A stretch of 32,000 bases of DNA. It comes from Flavobacteriaceae bacterium (GTDB lineage: Bacteria; Bacteroidota; Bacteroidia; Flavobacteriales; Flavobacteriaceae). Below the pieces are notes generated by a model that made no database searches, was not told where the DNA came from, and was given only the letters and a program-made list of their open reading frames with translations. The translations under genes and the position numbers were made by a program. Of this stretch, positions 1 to 8,682 are shown piece after piece; the first letter of the stretch is position 1; each line of letters begins with the position of its first letter. The stretch covers positions 3,150,001-3,182,000 of the forward strand of contig OZ245049.1 of NCBI GenBank assembly GCA_965224465.1, read 5' to 3'.

Positions 1-952
1 AAGCCAATTCAATGTTTTTTTCTTCGGCTAAACAGTGTGCTAAAACATAGGCGCTTTCTATGGATTGACAAGCGCCTTGTCCCATATTTGGTGTTGTTGC
101 ATGTGCTGCATCACCAAGTAAACATATGTTTTTAAAGCTCCAATGGGTGATTGGTTTTAAGTCCATCATTTCGTTTCGAATAATATCATTTTTATTGGTA
201 GCAGTTATTATTCTTCTAACCAATGGACTAAAATCGGTAAAGAGTGCAGCTAAATCTACGTTTTTAAACGCTGTTTTATACGGCTCTTTGTAGTTAGAAA
301 GTGCATACCAATACACTTCTTTTGGGTTGATATGTACAAAGCCAAAACGTTTTCCTTTTCCCCATAGTTCAATTAATTCTGTAGAGTATTTTTCTGCAAT
401 ATCGATCTTGACAATACCGCGCCAACATATCTGCTTGGGAATGCGTAGTGTGGTTTCTTTAAAAATGGAATTTCTGACCACAGAGTGAATTCCATCTGCA
501 CCAATCAATACGTTTGTAGTATAGGAAGTGCCGTCTTTAAAAGTAAAAGATACGTGGTCGTGTGCTTGTTTTACAAATTGCAACTTTTTGTCTAAATAGA
601 TGGGCACATCTTTTAATTGTTTTATTAAAAAGTCATGGAGTGTTGCTCTGTGAATGGCAATAGATGTTACGTCAAATGTTTTTTCAGCTTCGGATAGATC
701 TATTTTCGAAATTAATTTTAGTTTTTGGTCTGTAATCAAGAGTGCATTTGTGCGACTTCCTAAAGGGATTAGTTGCTCATATAGACCTAGACGCTTGAAT
801 ACTTGCATGGCGTTTATGGCTAAGTTTATTCCTGAGCCTGCTTTTTTAAAGGTGTTTGTAGCTTCAAATAGTTCAACGTCAAATCCTTTTTGTCTTAAGG
901 AGATGGCAGCTGTTAAGCCTGCGATTCCTGTTCCTATGATGGTAAATTTCAT
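1..952 (-). CDS. FAD-dependent monooxygenase (flavoprotein hydroxylase family); C-terminal end lies beyond the window
   Basis: My translation of the minus strand from ATG 952-950 gives MKFTIIGTGIAGLTAAISLRQKGFDVELFE (GxGxxG FAD fold). The frame stays open to position 2. Near the edge it reads LGDAAHATTPNMGQGACQSIESAY, the GDAAH..GQG motif of flavin hydroxylases. It is absent from the ORF track because no stop lies in the window; the 654..965 + ORF is its antisense shadow. Confidence 0.85.
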   Translation of the reverse strand, partial: MKFTIIGTGIAGLTAAISLRQKGFDVELFEATNTFKKAGSGINLAINAMQVFKRLGLYEQLIPLGSRTNALLITDQKLKLISKIDLSEAEKTFDVTSIAIHRATLHDFLIKQLKDVPIYLDKKLQFVKQAHDHVSFTFKDGTSYTTNVLIGADGIHSVVRNSIFKETTLRIPKQICWRGIVKIDIAEKYSTELIELWGKGKRFGFVHINPKEVYWYALSNYKEPYKTAFKNVDLAALFTDFSPLVRRIITATNKNDIIRNEMMDLKPITHWSFKNICLLGDAAHATTPNMGQGACQSIESAYVLAHCLAEEKNIELA

Positions 953-1365
953 GATTTATTTTTAAATAATAAGGATGTTGTAAAGCCCAAAAAGGAAATT
1001 CCAGTAAACACAATTGGTACGATAAAAAAATAATTTATGGATATAATCAGAGCGATAAAAGTGATTGTTATGTTGAAAATTAAAACATTTGAAGGGATGT
1101 TTGATTGTTTGTTGTTTTTTAAAAGGAGAAGGTTTAATACGCCGTAGGCAAAGAGCAATAGCCCCATCATAAAACTAAACCCTTGGTAAAAGGAAAAGAT
1201 ATTATTCGAAGTTCCTAATATTGAGATGCTAAAGTTTTTCATCTCTATGATAAAACGGTGTAAATTGGGCGGTATGGGAGTTGTTATATCGGTAATGGTA
1301 TGACCGATTCCAACGAGTATAAGTGACCAACTAGCAATTTGGCAGCTGAATTTTGAAAGTTTCAT
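949..1365 (-). CDS. small integral membrane protein, function unknown
   Basis: 138-aa ORF with about four hydrophobic segments. Its TGA stop (951-949) overlaps the monooxygenase ATG (952-950) as ATGA, which suggests one operon. No family recognised. Confidence 0.6.
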   Translation of the reverse strand: MKLSKFSCQIASWSLILVGIGHTITDITTPIPPNLHRFIIEMKNFSISILGTSNNIFSFYQGFSFMMGLLLFAYGVLNLLLLKNNKQSNIPSNVLIFNITITFIALIISINYFFIVPIVFTGISFLGFTTSLLFKNKS

Positions 1366-1426
1366 AGGTTGATTTTTTCTTAAGGTGTTTACGAACTAAG
1401 TTTTTGTTTTTTTAGACATGTTGATC

Positions 1427-1480
1427 TAATTTAGGTCAAATGTACTAATTATTTTATAAATTAGGTCAATCTTACTAATT
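1427..1480. promoter_or_regulatory. two tandem operator-like repeats in the divergent tetR / membrane-protein promoter region
   Basis: TTAGGTCAAATGTACTAATT (1431-1450) and TTAGGTCAATCTTACTAATT (1461-1480) are 17/20 identical and 30 bp apart. Repeat 2 has perfect inverted arms AATTAG-N10-CTAATT (1459-1480); repeat 1 is an imperfect version. Repeat 1 overlaps a minus-strand TACATTTG (1444-1437) that fits the Bacteroidota -7 box TAnnTTTG. Confidence 0.5.
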
Positions 1481-1483
1481 CTT

Positions 1484-1491
1484 TATCTTTG
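1484..1491 (+). promoter_or_regulatory. candidate -7 promoter box (TATCTTTG) for tetR
   Basis: Exact match to TAnnTTTG, ending 4 nt before the ATG at 1496. If used, the mRNA would be nearly leaderless. The motif is short and chance hits are likely in AT-rich DNA. Confidence 0.3.
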
Positions 1492-1495
1492 TAGG

Positions 1496-2107
1496 ATGAA
1501 AACAAGGGATAGAATATTAGAAGTTGCCTTAAAATTATTTAACAATTATGGGTTGCCAAAAGTTACTTTGCGTAGCATTTCAAAAGAGATGGGGATAAGT
1601 CAAGGGAATTTGAATTATCATTTTAAAAAACGAGAAGATATCATTGAAGCTTTATACTTTCAATTGGTAGAAAAAATAGATAAAAGGATGCTAGAACCCG
1701 AACTTATAGGCTTGCAATTGCTTTTTAATGTATCCACTCATATTATGCAGTGTTCTTTTGAATATCGTTTTTTTCTACTTGATTTTGTTCAGATTGTTCG
1801 TGAGAATAGCACAATTAAAAAGCATTATGCTGGATTAGTAGCGCATAGAGAAGGGCAGTTTGAGGGAGTATTTCAACAATTAGTTGAAGGAGGAATAATG
1901 CGTCCAGAAAAATTTAACAAAGAGTATCACAATCTTTATAAACGGTTTCATATTCTGGGTGATTTTTGGATTTCTTCAGCAGAAATTGTCAATGATAAAG
2001 TCTCTCGGAAAAATATATCAGAATATTCTATACTCATTTTTCAAGCAATTTTTCCGTATTTGAGTCCTTTAGGTGAGAAACAATTTAATGCTATTGTCAA
2101 GGATTAA
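1496..2107 (+). CDS. TetR/AcrR family transcriptional regulator
   Basis: The N-terminus RDRILEVALKLFNNYGLPKVTLRSISKEMGISQGNLNYHFKKREDI is a typical TetR HTH. It is followed by a helical ligand-binding-size C-terminal part. 203 aa. Confidence 0.9.
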   Translation: MKTRDRILEVALKLFNNYGLPKVTLRSISKEMGISQGNLNYHFKKREDIIEALYFQLVEKIDKRMLEPELIGLQLLFNVSTHIMQCSFEYRFFLLDFVQIVRENSTIKKHYAGLVAHREGQFEGVFQQLVEGGIMRPEKFNKEYHNLYKRFHILGDFWISSAEIVNDKVSRKNISEYSILIFQAIFPYLSPLGEKQFNAIVKD

Positions 2108-2192
2108 TTATTGGGAGGTTCGATACCTAAACATAGCAGCGGGATACTTTTAAAATAAGAAAAAGAGGATTGATTTTACAATCAATAAAAAT

Positions 2193-2238
2193 TAACACTT
2201 TAAAACCGAAGCTATTTTACCTTGGCTTTAAAGTGTTA
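2193..2238 (-). terminator. hairpin between convergent tetR and the OMP gene
   Basis: TAACACTTTAAA (2193-2204) pairs perfectly with TTTAAAGTGTTA (2227-2238), plus a few inner pairs. On the minus strand the hairpin is followed by ATTTTTATT, so it fits the minus-strand gene better. Confidence 0.45.
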
Positions 2239-2251
2239 GAGTTATGTGGTT

Positions 2252-2806
2252 TTAGAAAAAAAAGTAGCCAACGGAAAGTTGAAGGACGCTATTTTTATTT
2301 TTAGCTGTAATGCCGTCTACATTATTCATGTTTGATAATCCAAGATTATAGCGTAGTCCAAAATTAAGCCCATTATCTAGTTTATATCCAATTCCTATAT
2401 TTACACCTAGATCTACCTTTTTTAACTGATTTTTAAGATCAATACTTTCTTTTTTAGCCGAGAGTAAAAATCCAATTTGAGGTCCAGCTTCTAAACTAAG
2501 CCCTTTTGTTACGTAATATTTTGCCATTAACGGCATGTTTAAATACGTGAGTTCAACCATTTTATTTTCAATATCATATCCTTGTCCAGAATACATTAAT
2601 TCAGGTTGAAAAGAAAATTTTCCTGAAATAATCATTTCAGCCATAATACCAAAATTGAATGAAGTTACTGTTTCAATGTTTTTAGTATTGTCTCCATTAA
2701 TAGATGCAAAGTTAATCCCTCCTTTGACTCCAAATTTAATATCTTGGGCGTTCATATTTACGAATCCCAAAACAGATATTACGATTACGAGTATTGCTTT
2801 TTTCAT
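2252..2806 (-). CDS. outer-membrane beta-barrel protein (porin / OmpA-N-like family)
   Basis: Signal peptide MKKAILVIVISVLGFVNMNAQ. The sequence has alternating beta-strand patterning and a C-terminal aromatic end, LQLSVGYFFF. 184 aa. Confidence 0.8.
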   Translation of the reverse strand: MKKAILVIVISVLGFVNMNAQDIKFGVKGGINFASINGDNTKNIETVTSFNFGIMAEMIISGKFSFQPELMYSGQGYDIENKMVELTYLNMPLMAKYYVTKGLSLEAGPQIGFLLSAKKESIDLKNQLKKVDLGVNIGIGYKLDNGLNFGLRYNLGLSNMNNVDGITAKNKNSVLQLSVGYFFF

Positions 2807-2832
2807 AATTTATAATTTAAGTTGTTCAAAAC

Positions 2833-2867
2833 AAATAACATGTTATTTTATGAATAACATGTTATTT
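2833..2867. promoter_or_regulatory. two tandem perfect palindromes upstream of the OMP gene
   Basis: AAATAACATGTTATTT (2833-2848, 16-bp perfect palindrome) and AATAACATGTTATT (2854-2867, 14-bp perfect palindrome). Their centres are 20 bp apart and they lie 27-61 bp upstream of the ATG at 2806. Confidence 0.5.
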
Positions 2868-3037
2868 TTAAAACAGCTTTAACGTTTTTAACTAATTTTA
2901 ACCTAATTACTGTAAATGAGTGTTTTATCTTCTTTTTTGAGCTTGTTTTATAGCGGAATTATGTCGTCTTTTTATAGCAATTCATGGGTTTTAGGTTTTC
3001 GTATAAGTACTTATTTGGAAGCCTATTACGTTCTTTT

Positions 3038-4773
3038 TTAATCCAATAATTCTTTTTTAAATATATAGTTTTTAAAATCTACTTTATACAATAGACTATA
3101 AATAGAAGGTATAAATAATAAGGTGATAATAGTTCCAAATAGCAAGCCTATCATAATGGTTACAGCCATTGGTTCCCACATTGCCCCGCCGCCAAGGTAT
3201 AAAGGAACTAAACCTAATACAGTGGTAAAAGTGGCTAATATAATAGGTCTAAATCGTTGTAAACAAGCTGAGATAATGGCGTCTTGTGGCGTACGTTTTA
3301 ACTCTTTTTCTTCTATTTCGATCCTATCTACCAGTACAATTGCATTATTTATGACAATCCCTGCCAAAGAAATAACGCCTAAAAATGCCATAAATCCAAA
3401 AGGGACTCCGAAAATTAATAAACCTAGCACCATACCAATTACACCTAACGGAATGGTTAACACAATCATGGTCATTTTTCTAAAGGAATTATACTGAATG
3501 ATTAATAGCATCACAATTATAAATCCGGAAAGGGGTAGGTATTTAGCAACTGCTCCCATGTTTTCAGCACTACTTTCGGCATCACCTCCCAACGAATAGG
3601 TATATCCATCACCCCATTTTTTCTTCTGTTCTTCTAGCCAAGGTGTAACTATTGAACTGATCTCATTGGCGTTTCCGTTTTCTGTTAACTGGCTTTGAAT
3701 GTTGATAGTTCGAGTTAGATTTAACCGTTTAATTTTAGCGTATTGCCACTGGGGAATAATTTTGGCGACTTGTAATAAAGGCACACTATTCCCAGAGCTT
3801 TGTGAAAATATGTTTAGTGATTCTAAGGAAGCTAATGATTGTTCTTTACTAGCTTCACTTCACTTAACATTACAATTGGAATTGATTTATCTCCTTCTCT
3901 AAATTCACCTGCCTGAAAACCATCCAAAACTGTTTGTAAGGATGTTGCAATATCTTGATTTGTAATTCCAGCTGCTTGGGCATTGTTTTTATTTATTGCA
4001 ATTACAAATTTTTTCCCTTTTGGTCCCCAATCATCTTTGATGTTTTTTGTGTCAGCAATACTGAATAGTTTTACTTTTATAGATTCTGATATTGCAGCTA
4101 ATTTATCTGGATCTTTTCCTGACACTTTCACTTCAATATGTGTGCCTCCTCCTCCAGCTCCTAACAAACCTACTTTAATTTCAGCATTGGGAAAGGTGTT
4201 GAAGCAAAATGCATCAAGTTGTTTGATCATCTCGTTATTTACTAGAAAATCGGTTGTATTCACCAATATATGTGCGTAATTAGAATTTGCTTCGTCAGCA
4301 TTGTACCCGAGGTCATATGTTGAAGGTCCTTTTCCAATATAAGAAGACCAGTCTACAATCCCATTCTTTCTATCAGTGTCTATTTTTAAATGGTCTTGAA
4401 TAAACTTTTCAATGGCTAAAACAGTGGCAGTAGTACTTTCTATTTTTGTTCCTTGAGGTAAATTAACATCTATGGTAATCATGTTCCTATCACTAGGTGG
4501 GGAAAATAAAACGTCTAAATAATTGAATCCTAAAATGGATAAAAAGAACAAGGCTACAATGCCAAACAATACTGTTTTTTTTCCATGAAAGCGCCCATAA
4601 AATAAGGCCTTTGTACTTTTCTTTCATTAAGAATATCATCCGATCCAAGCCCTCCGGTTTCTTGTCTTTTTTTATGTCAATTTTCAATAAAAACACACAA
4701 AATAAAGTTATAATACTCAAGGAAATTACCCAAGATGATATTAAGGCAATTGAAATAAAGCGTTTGTGTGATG
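3038..4773 (-). pseudogene. efflux RND transporter permease (AcrB/CzcA family), 5'-truncated and twice frameshifted
   Basis: Three track ORFs (3038..3784, 3832..4569, 4493..4789) are consecutive pieces of one RND permease: a TM6-like ALISSWVISLSIITLFCVFLLK, then FSPPSDRNMITIDVNLPQG, then GIVINNAIVLVDRIE and RFRPIILATFTTVLGLVPL. The frames rejoin if one A is removed from the A8 run (plus-strand T8 at 4575-4582) and one copy of the tandem TTCAC TTCAC (3854-3863) is removed. About 470 N-terminal residues are missing. Confidence 0.85.
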
Positions 4774-4840
4774 CCAAATACATTTCCAAGTGAAGGTTTA
4801 GAAAACAACCTATTTATATCGGTCAGTTTGGATTGTGTGG
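4774..4840 (-). repeat. MITE-like repeat, copy F (67-bp mini-copy, the two ends joined)
   Basis: The reverse complement reads CCACACAATCCAAACTGACCGATATAAATAGGTTGTTTTCTAAACCTTCACTTGGAAATGTATTTGG. That is the 5' end plus the 3' end of the full copies at 16509 and 19859. Confidence 0.75.
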
Positions 4841-4929
4841 TATTATTTAACAATTCGGCCACCATTAACTAACATCCAATTAACCATTAGTTTACATAGG
4901 AGTCTGTTCTTTGTTGAAAATAGAAATAG

Positions 4930-5319
4930 ATGAAAAATTGGTTTTTTATAGGTGTGTTGCTTGTAGGCTGTCAACTGTTTTCTCAAGGACTTGATGTCTC
5001 ATTGGTCTCGGGATTTATACAGACAGGGAGTGTAAAAGGGAAGGTGTTCGATGCCAATGATGGGGATGGGCATTTGGTCTTTGCTACTGTTGTAGTTAAA
5101 GAATTAGAGCTGCAAATGGAAACAGATATAGAGGGTGCTTTTAATTTTCAGCTATCGCCTGGGCGCTATACGCTGGAGGTAAATTTTATAGGGTACCAAG
5201 AGCAGCTATTTTTAGTAGAGGTAGTTGGAGGTGACACTTCTAGAAAAACGGTGTTTTTAGAACCTTTAAAAATCCAATCAGCTCCATTGTTAGAGCCGAT
5301 TGATTCTTTTCAGTTTTAA
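4930..5319 (+). CDS. carboxypeptidase-regulatory-like (CarboxypepD_reg) domain protein; possibly the N-terminal stub of a TonB-dependent receptor
   Basis: Signal peptide MKNWFFIGVLLVGCQLFSQ, then GSVKGKVFDANDGDGHLVFATVVV...GAFNFQLSPGRYTLEVNFIGYQEQ, which is typical of the domain that precedes the plug in SusC-like receptors. Only 129 aa. Confidence 0.6.
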   Translation: MKNWFFIGVLLVGCQLFSQGLDVSLVSGFIQTGSVKGKVFDANDGDGHLVFATVVVKELELQMETDIEGAFNFQLSPGRYTLEVNFIGYQEQLFLVEVVGGDTSRKTVFLEPLKIQSAPLLEPIDSFQF

Positions 5320-5329
5320 ATAGTTTTTA

Positions 5330-5428
5330 GGCAAATGTATTTCAAGGGATCGTTCTCAAAATAGAATTGTTTAGGTTTTTTTAATGCCAAAAAAACTATT
5401 TATATCGGTTATTTTGGACTGTAATTGG
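5330..5428 (-). repeat. MITE-like repeat, copy E (99 bp, internally rearranged or deleted)
   Basis: The reverse complement starts CCAATTACAGTCCAAAATAACCGATATAAATAGTTT and ends CCCTTGAAATACATTTGCC. It fills the gap between convergent genes and ends 2 nt from the dut stop codon. Confidence 0.7.
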
Positions 5429-5430
5429 AA

Positions 5431-5862
5431 TTAGACGCCTGTACTTCCAAAACCTCCAGTACCACGCTCTGTTTCGTCAAGGGTTTCTACCAGTTTCCAT
5501 TCGGCACGTTCGTGTTTTGCTATGACTAGTTGTGCAATTCTGTCACCGTCATTCACAGTAAAATCATCATTGGAAATATTGACTAAAATTACGCCTATTT
5601 CTCCGCGATAATCTGCGTCTATAGTTCCAGGGGCATTCAAAACTGTGATTCCGTTTTTGGCTGCCAATCCGCTGCGTGGGCGTACTTGTGCTTCGGTACC
5701 TACGGGAAGTGCAATAAATAAGCCTGTTTTTATAATGGCGCGTTGCAATGGTTTTAAAACGATAGCTTCTGATATATTTGCGCGTAAATCCATCCCAGCG
5801 GAAGCTGCTGTTTCGTAGGTTGGAGTTTGGTGTTTAGACTTGTTAATTAGTTGAATATTCAT
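5431..5862 (-). CDS. dut: dUTP diphosphatase
   Basis: [31 protein letters not shown] and the C-terminal [10 protein letters not shown] motif. 143 aa. Confidence 0.95.
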   Translation of the reverse strand: MNIQLINKSKHQTPTYETAASAGMDLRANISEAIVLKPLQRAIIKTGLFIALPVGTEAQVRPRSGLAAKNGITVLNAPGTIDADYRGEIGVILVNISNDDFTVNDGDRIAQLVIAKHERAEWKLVETLDETERGTGGFGSTGV

Positions 5863-5867
5863 AGTTG

Positions 5868-7322
5868 TTATTTTTTAGTGATAATGCGTATTATGTTTTT
5901 TTTTTCTTGCCAGAAAATAATCACTGAAAAAGCGATGCATAGCCCCGTGGATACCCAATAGTTCCCTCGGAAACAAAGGAAAGAAATGGCAGAAATAAGG
6001 ATAGAAGCGCTTAAGTAAATAGCGATTTTTGATAAATTATAAGATACGGGATAGTATTTTTTTCCATAGAAATAAGAGAGTGTCATCATGCATCCATAGG
6101 CGGTTAGTGTTGCCCAAGCTGCTGAAATGACTCCGTAAATTGGTAAAAACACAACATTTATGATAATTGTGATTATAGCGCCTGTTATAGAAAAGTACAT
6201 ACCATACCGTGTTTTGTCTGTTAATTTATACCAAATAGATAAGTTGTGGTAAATGCCTAAGAACAAATAGGCTAATAGTACGATAGGGACAATGGATAGT
6301 GCGCTCCAATAGTTGTGGTTGATCAACAGTTTTATAAGGTCTATATAGCTTACAATTCCAACAAAAACGAGTGCTCCAATGATTACAAAATAGTTCAATA
6401 TTTTGGCATAGGTCTCTTTGGCGTTTTTTTCTTTTGCATGATTAAAAAAGAAAGGTTCTGCTCCCAATCTAAAAGCCATAATATACAAATTCATAAAAAT
6501 AGCGAGTTTGTAAACAGCGGCATAAACACCTTCACTTTCTTTGTTTATATAATGTCCTATTAATAGTTTGTCTAAATGCTCATTAACCGTATAAGCGATT
6601 CCTGCAATTAAAATTGGCCAACCGTAGGACAGCATTTTTTTAAGTAGTTTGAAACTGAATTTAAACTTGAATTTGATTAAATACGGAATTAACAAGAATA
6701 AACAAACAGCACTTCCCAGAAGATTTGCAATAAAAATAAAGTTGATTATTTGTGTGCTATTAAATGCATCTCCTAAAAAATCTGGAATGGATATGCCCTT
6801 GTCCAATTGCAGGGGTATCCATCGTAAAAACAACAAGTTTACGAGGACTATAATTCCGACGTTTGTCAGTTTTAAAAAGGCGTATTTTAAAGGCCTGTTT
6901 GAAGCACGTAAAAGAGCAAAAGGCACCATGGCTAGGGTGTCTAAAATTAGGATTCCAACAAGTAATTTAAACTGAATAGGATTGTTTTCAAAATTAAACA
7001 ACTGAATTAATTCTGATGCAAAAATAATACTGAGCACCCCAAATAATAGCGTTGTGAAAAGGATGCTAAAAAAGGCGGTGGAGACAAGGCTGTCTTTTTG
7101 TTTTTCTTGATTGTAAAATCTAAAGAAAGCGGTTTCCATACCGTAGGTTAACAAAACGGAAAATAGTGCTGCCCAAATGTAAAAATCCGTATTTTCTGCA
7201 TAACTTTTTGGAGGTAAGGCGTCTGTTTGGACTCTGACAAGTAGAAAATTAATCACTCTTGGAAGCACGGCAGCCATTCCATAGATGATAGTGTCTTTGA
7301 AAAACTTTTTTAGAATACTCAA
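5868..7322 (-). CDS. polysaccharide/oligosaccharide flippase family protein (Wzx-like, MOP superfamily)
   Basis: 484 aa and polytopic (about 12-14 hydrophobic helices). The N-terminus [29 protein letters not shown] is typical of polysaccharide biosynthesis/flippase proteins. The stop lies 5 nt before the dut start, so the two are probably co-transcribed. Confidence 0.75.
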   Translation of the reverse strand: MSILKKFFKDTIIYGMAAVLPRVINFLLVRVQTDALPPKSYAENTDFYIWAALFSVLLTYGMETAFFRFYNQEKQKDSLVSTAFFSILFTTLLFGVLSIIFASELIQLFNFENNPIQFKLLVGILILDTLAMVPFALLRASNRPLKYAFLKLTNVGIIVLVNLLFLRWIPLQLDKGISIPDFLGDAFNSTQIINFIFIANLLGSAVCLFLLIPYLIKFKFKFSFKLLKKMLSYGWPILIAGIAYTVNEHLDKLLIGHYINKESEGVYAAVYKLAIFMNLYIMAFRLGAEPFFFNHAKEKNAKETYAKILNYFVIIGALVFVGIVSYIDLIKLLINHNYWSALSIVPIVLLAYLFLGIYHNLSIWYKLTDKTRYGMYFSITGAIITIIINVVFLPIYGVISAAWATLTAYGCMMTLSYFYGKKYYPVSYNLSKIAIYLSASILISAISFLCFRGNYWVSTGLCIAFSVIIFWQEKKNIIRIITKK

Positions 7323-7346
7323 AAATGTAATGTTTTATTTAGACTT

Positions 7347-7354
7347 CAAAAGTA
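7347..7354 (-). promoter_or_regulatory. candidate -7 box (TACTTTTG on the minus strand) for the flippase-dut operon
   Basis: Plus-strand CAAAAGTA at 7347-7354 is TAnnTTTG on the minus strand, 25 nt upstream of the ATG at 7322. Confidence 0.35.
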
Positions 7355-7471
7355 CATAATATGTTTTGAATCTTGTCAAAGATCTACAAATAGATGGATT
7401 GTAAAGAGCAGATTTAAGAGCTTTGGAAAAGACTTAACATTTGTTTTTTAAGTCAATTGCTCAAGTTTTGT

Positions 7472-7479
7472 TACTTTTG
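7472..7479 (+). promoter_or_regulatory. candidate -7 box (TACTTTTG) for gpsA
   Basis: Exact TAnnTTTG match, 24 nt upstream of the ATG at 7503. Confidence 0.35.
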
Positions 7480-7502
7480 GCTATTCAAAAGGGAAATAAT
7501 AT

Positions 7503-8498
7503 ATGAAGAATGATATTAAAATAGCTGTTTTTGGTGGTGGTAGTTGGGCTACAGCCATTGTAAAAATGTTATGCGAAAATTTAAATACAGTAGGTTGGTA
7601 TATGAGAAGTCAGTACGCAATTGATTATATAAAAGAAAACGATCACAACCCTAAATATATTCCTTCAGCGACTTTTAATGTAGAGAAGTTGTATTTGTCT
7701 AGTGATATAAATCAAATGGTGCGCTATGCAGACGTGTTGATATTTGCCATTCCGTCTGCGTTTATAAAAAAGGAATTGGATAAAATAACGGAAGATTATA
7801 CTGGAAAGATTATTTTTTCTGCTGTTAAAGGGATTGTTCCAGAAACGGGGTTGATTTTGGGGGAACATTTTAATAAGTTTCAAAATATACCTCTGGATAA
7901 TATTGGTGTTATTACGGGACCTTGTCATGCAGAAGAAGTGGCAATGGAGCGACTGTCTTATTTGACCATTGCTTGTCAGGATGCTAAAAAAGCTGAAATG
8001 CTAAGCGATTGTCTCAAAAGCGATTTTATAAAAACAAAAATTTCTGACGATATTATTGGAACGGAATATGCAGCCATGTTGAAAAATATTTTTGCGATAG
8101 CCGCTGGGATTGCTCACGGTTTGGGCTATGGAGATAATTTTCAGTCGGTATTGATGTCTAATGCTATTCGTGAAATGAAACGTTTTATTAAGAAAATTCA
8201 TAAGATGAAGCGGAACATTAATAATTCGGCGTATTTGGGTGATTTATTAGTGACCGGGTATTCTACATTTAGCCGAAATCGCATGTTTGGAAATATGATA
8301 GGGAAAGGCTATACCGTAAAAAGTGCACAGATGGAGATGAGCATGATTGCAGAAGGGTATTACGCTACTAAAAGCGCCTTTGAAATCAACAAAAAAAACA
8401 AAGCCAACACTCCTATTATAAATACGGTTTATGCCATTTTGTACGAGAATAAAAATCCGAAAGATGAGTTTAAGAAATTGACAGAATTGGTGGATTAA
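7503..8498 (+). CDS. gpsA: NAD(P)H-dependent glycerol-3-phosphate dehydrogenase
   Basis: N-terminal Rossmann fold IAVFGGGSWATAIV, plus GPCHAEEV, AAMLKNIFAIAAG and EGYYA motifs. 331 aa. Confidence 0.9.
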   Translation: MKNDIKIAVFGGGSWATAIVKMLCENLNTVGWYMRSQYAIDYIKENDHNPKYIPSATFNVEKLYLSSDINQMVRYADVLIFAIPSAFIKKELDKITEDYTGKIIFSAVKGIVPETGLILGEHFNKFQNIPLDNIGVITGPCHAEEVAMERLSYLTIACQDAKKAEMLSDCLKSDFIKTKISDDIIGTEYAAMLKNIFAIAAGIAHGLGYGDNFQSVLMSNAIREMKRFIKKIHKMKRNINNSAYLGDLLVTGYSTFSRNRMFGNMIGKGYTVKSAQMEMSMIAEGYYATKSAFEINKKNKANTPIINTVYAILYENKNPKDEFKKLTELVD

Positions 8499-8624
8499 GG
8501 ACCGATGTCAATTGTATGTTGCAATGCAATATTGTAAAGTATCGTTGATGCAAGATATGCGTATTAAAGCTGTTATTCTTGATGATTCAGGACACCTGTT
8601 TTTGGCAGGTAAAAAGACAAATAA

Positions 8625-8657
8625 AAAACCTAAGCTGTAATGTCTTAGGTTTTTTTT
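8625..8657. terminator. intrinsic terminator after gpsA (bidirectional form)
   Basis: AAAACCTAAG (8625-8634), loop CTGTAATGT, CTTAGGTTTT (8644-8653), with the T run extending to 8657. An A run on the left and a T run on the right allow function on both strands. Confidence 0.7.
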
Positions 8658-8682
8658 ATCGCTTAATAGTAAGTAGTCTTAT

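Noticed and set aside
654-965. Antisense 'shadow' ORFs listed in the track inside larger genes. Examples: 654..965, 2655..2882, 3123..3497, 3983..4279, 6315..6563, 6649..6975, 7665..7928, 8001..8201, 8919..9158, 9371..9565, 10102..10356, 10833..11138, 13567..13755, 14334..14570, 16006..16263, 18283..18513, 18649..18870, 20211..20417, 20472..20687, 22747..22953, 23319..23690, 24841..25206, 27567..28913 (series), 30762..30965, 31038..31220 and 31296..31583.
   Set aside because: Each lies wholly within, or mostly opposite, a long ORF with clear family motifs. Their products are low-complexity or Ile/Phe/Lys/Asn-rich, as expected from antisense reading of AT-rich coding DNA.
2114-2128. tRNA T-loop-like GGAGGTTCGATACCT just after tetR.
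   Set aside because: The flanks do not form a T-stem (GGAGG vs CCTAA). No acceptor, D or anticodon arms can be drawn, and the sequence immediately follows the tetR stop.
4493-4865. Track ORFs 4493..4789 and 4677..4865 as independent genes.
   Set aside because: The first is a frame fragment of the RND pseudogene whose apparent start (TTG GAA ATG TAT TTG G) is encoded by the repeat terminus. The second is read largely through repeat copy F.
8548-8640. 30-aa ORF MQDMRIKAVILDDSGHLFLAGKKTNKKPKL after gpsA (HAD- or receiver-like start).
   Set aside because: It runs into the gpsA terminator hairpin and is too short. At best it is a remnant of a lost gene.
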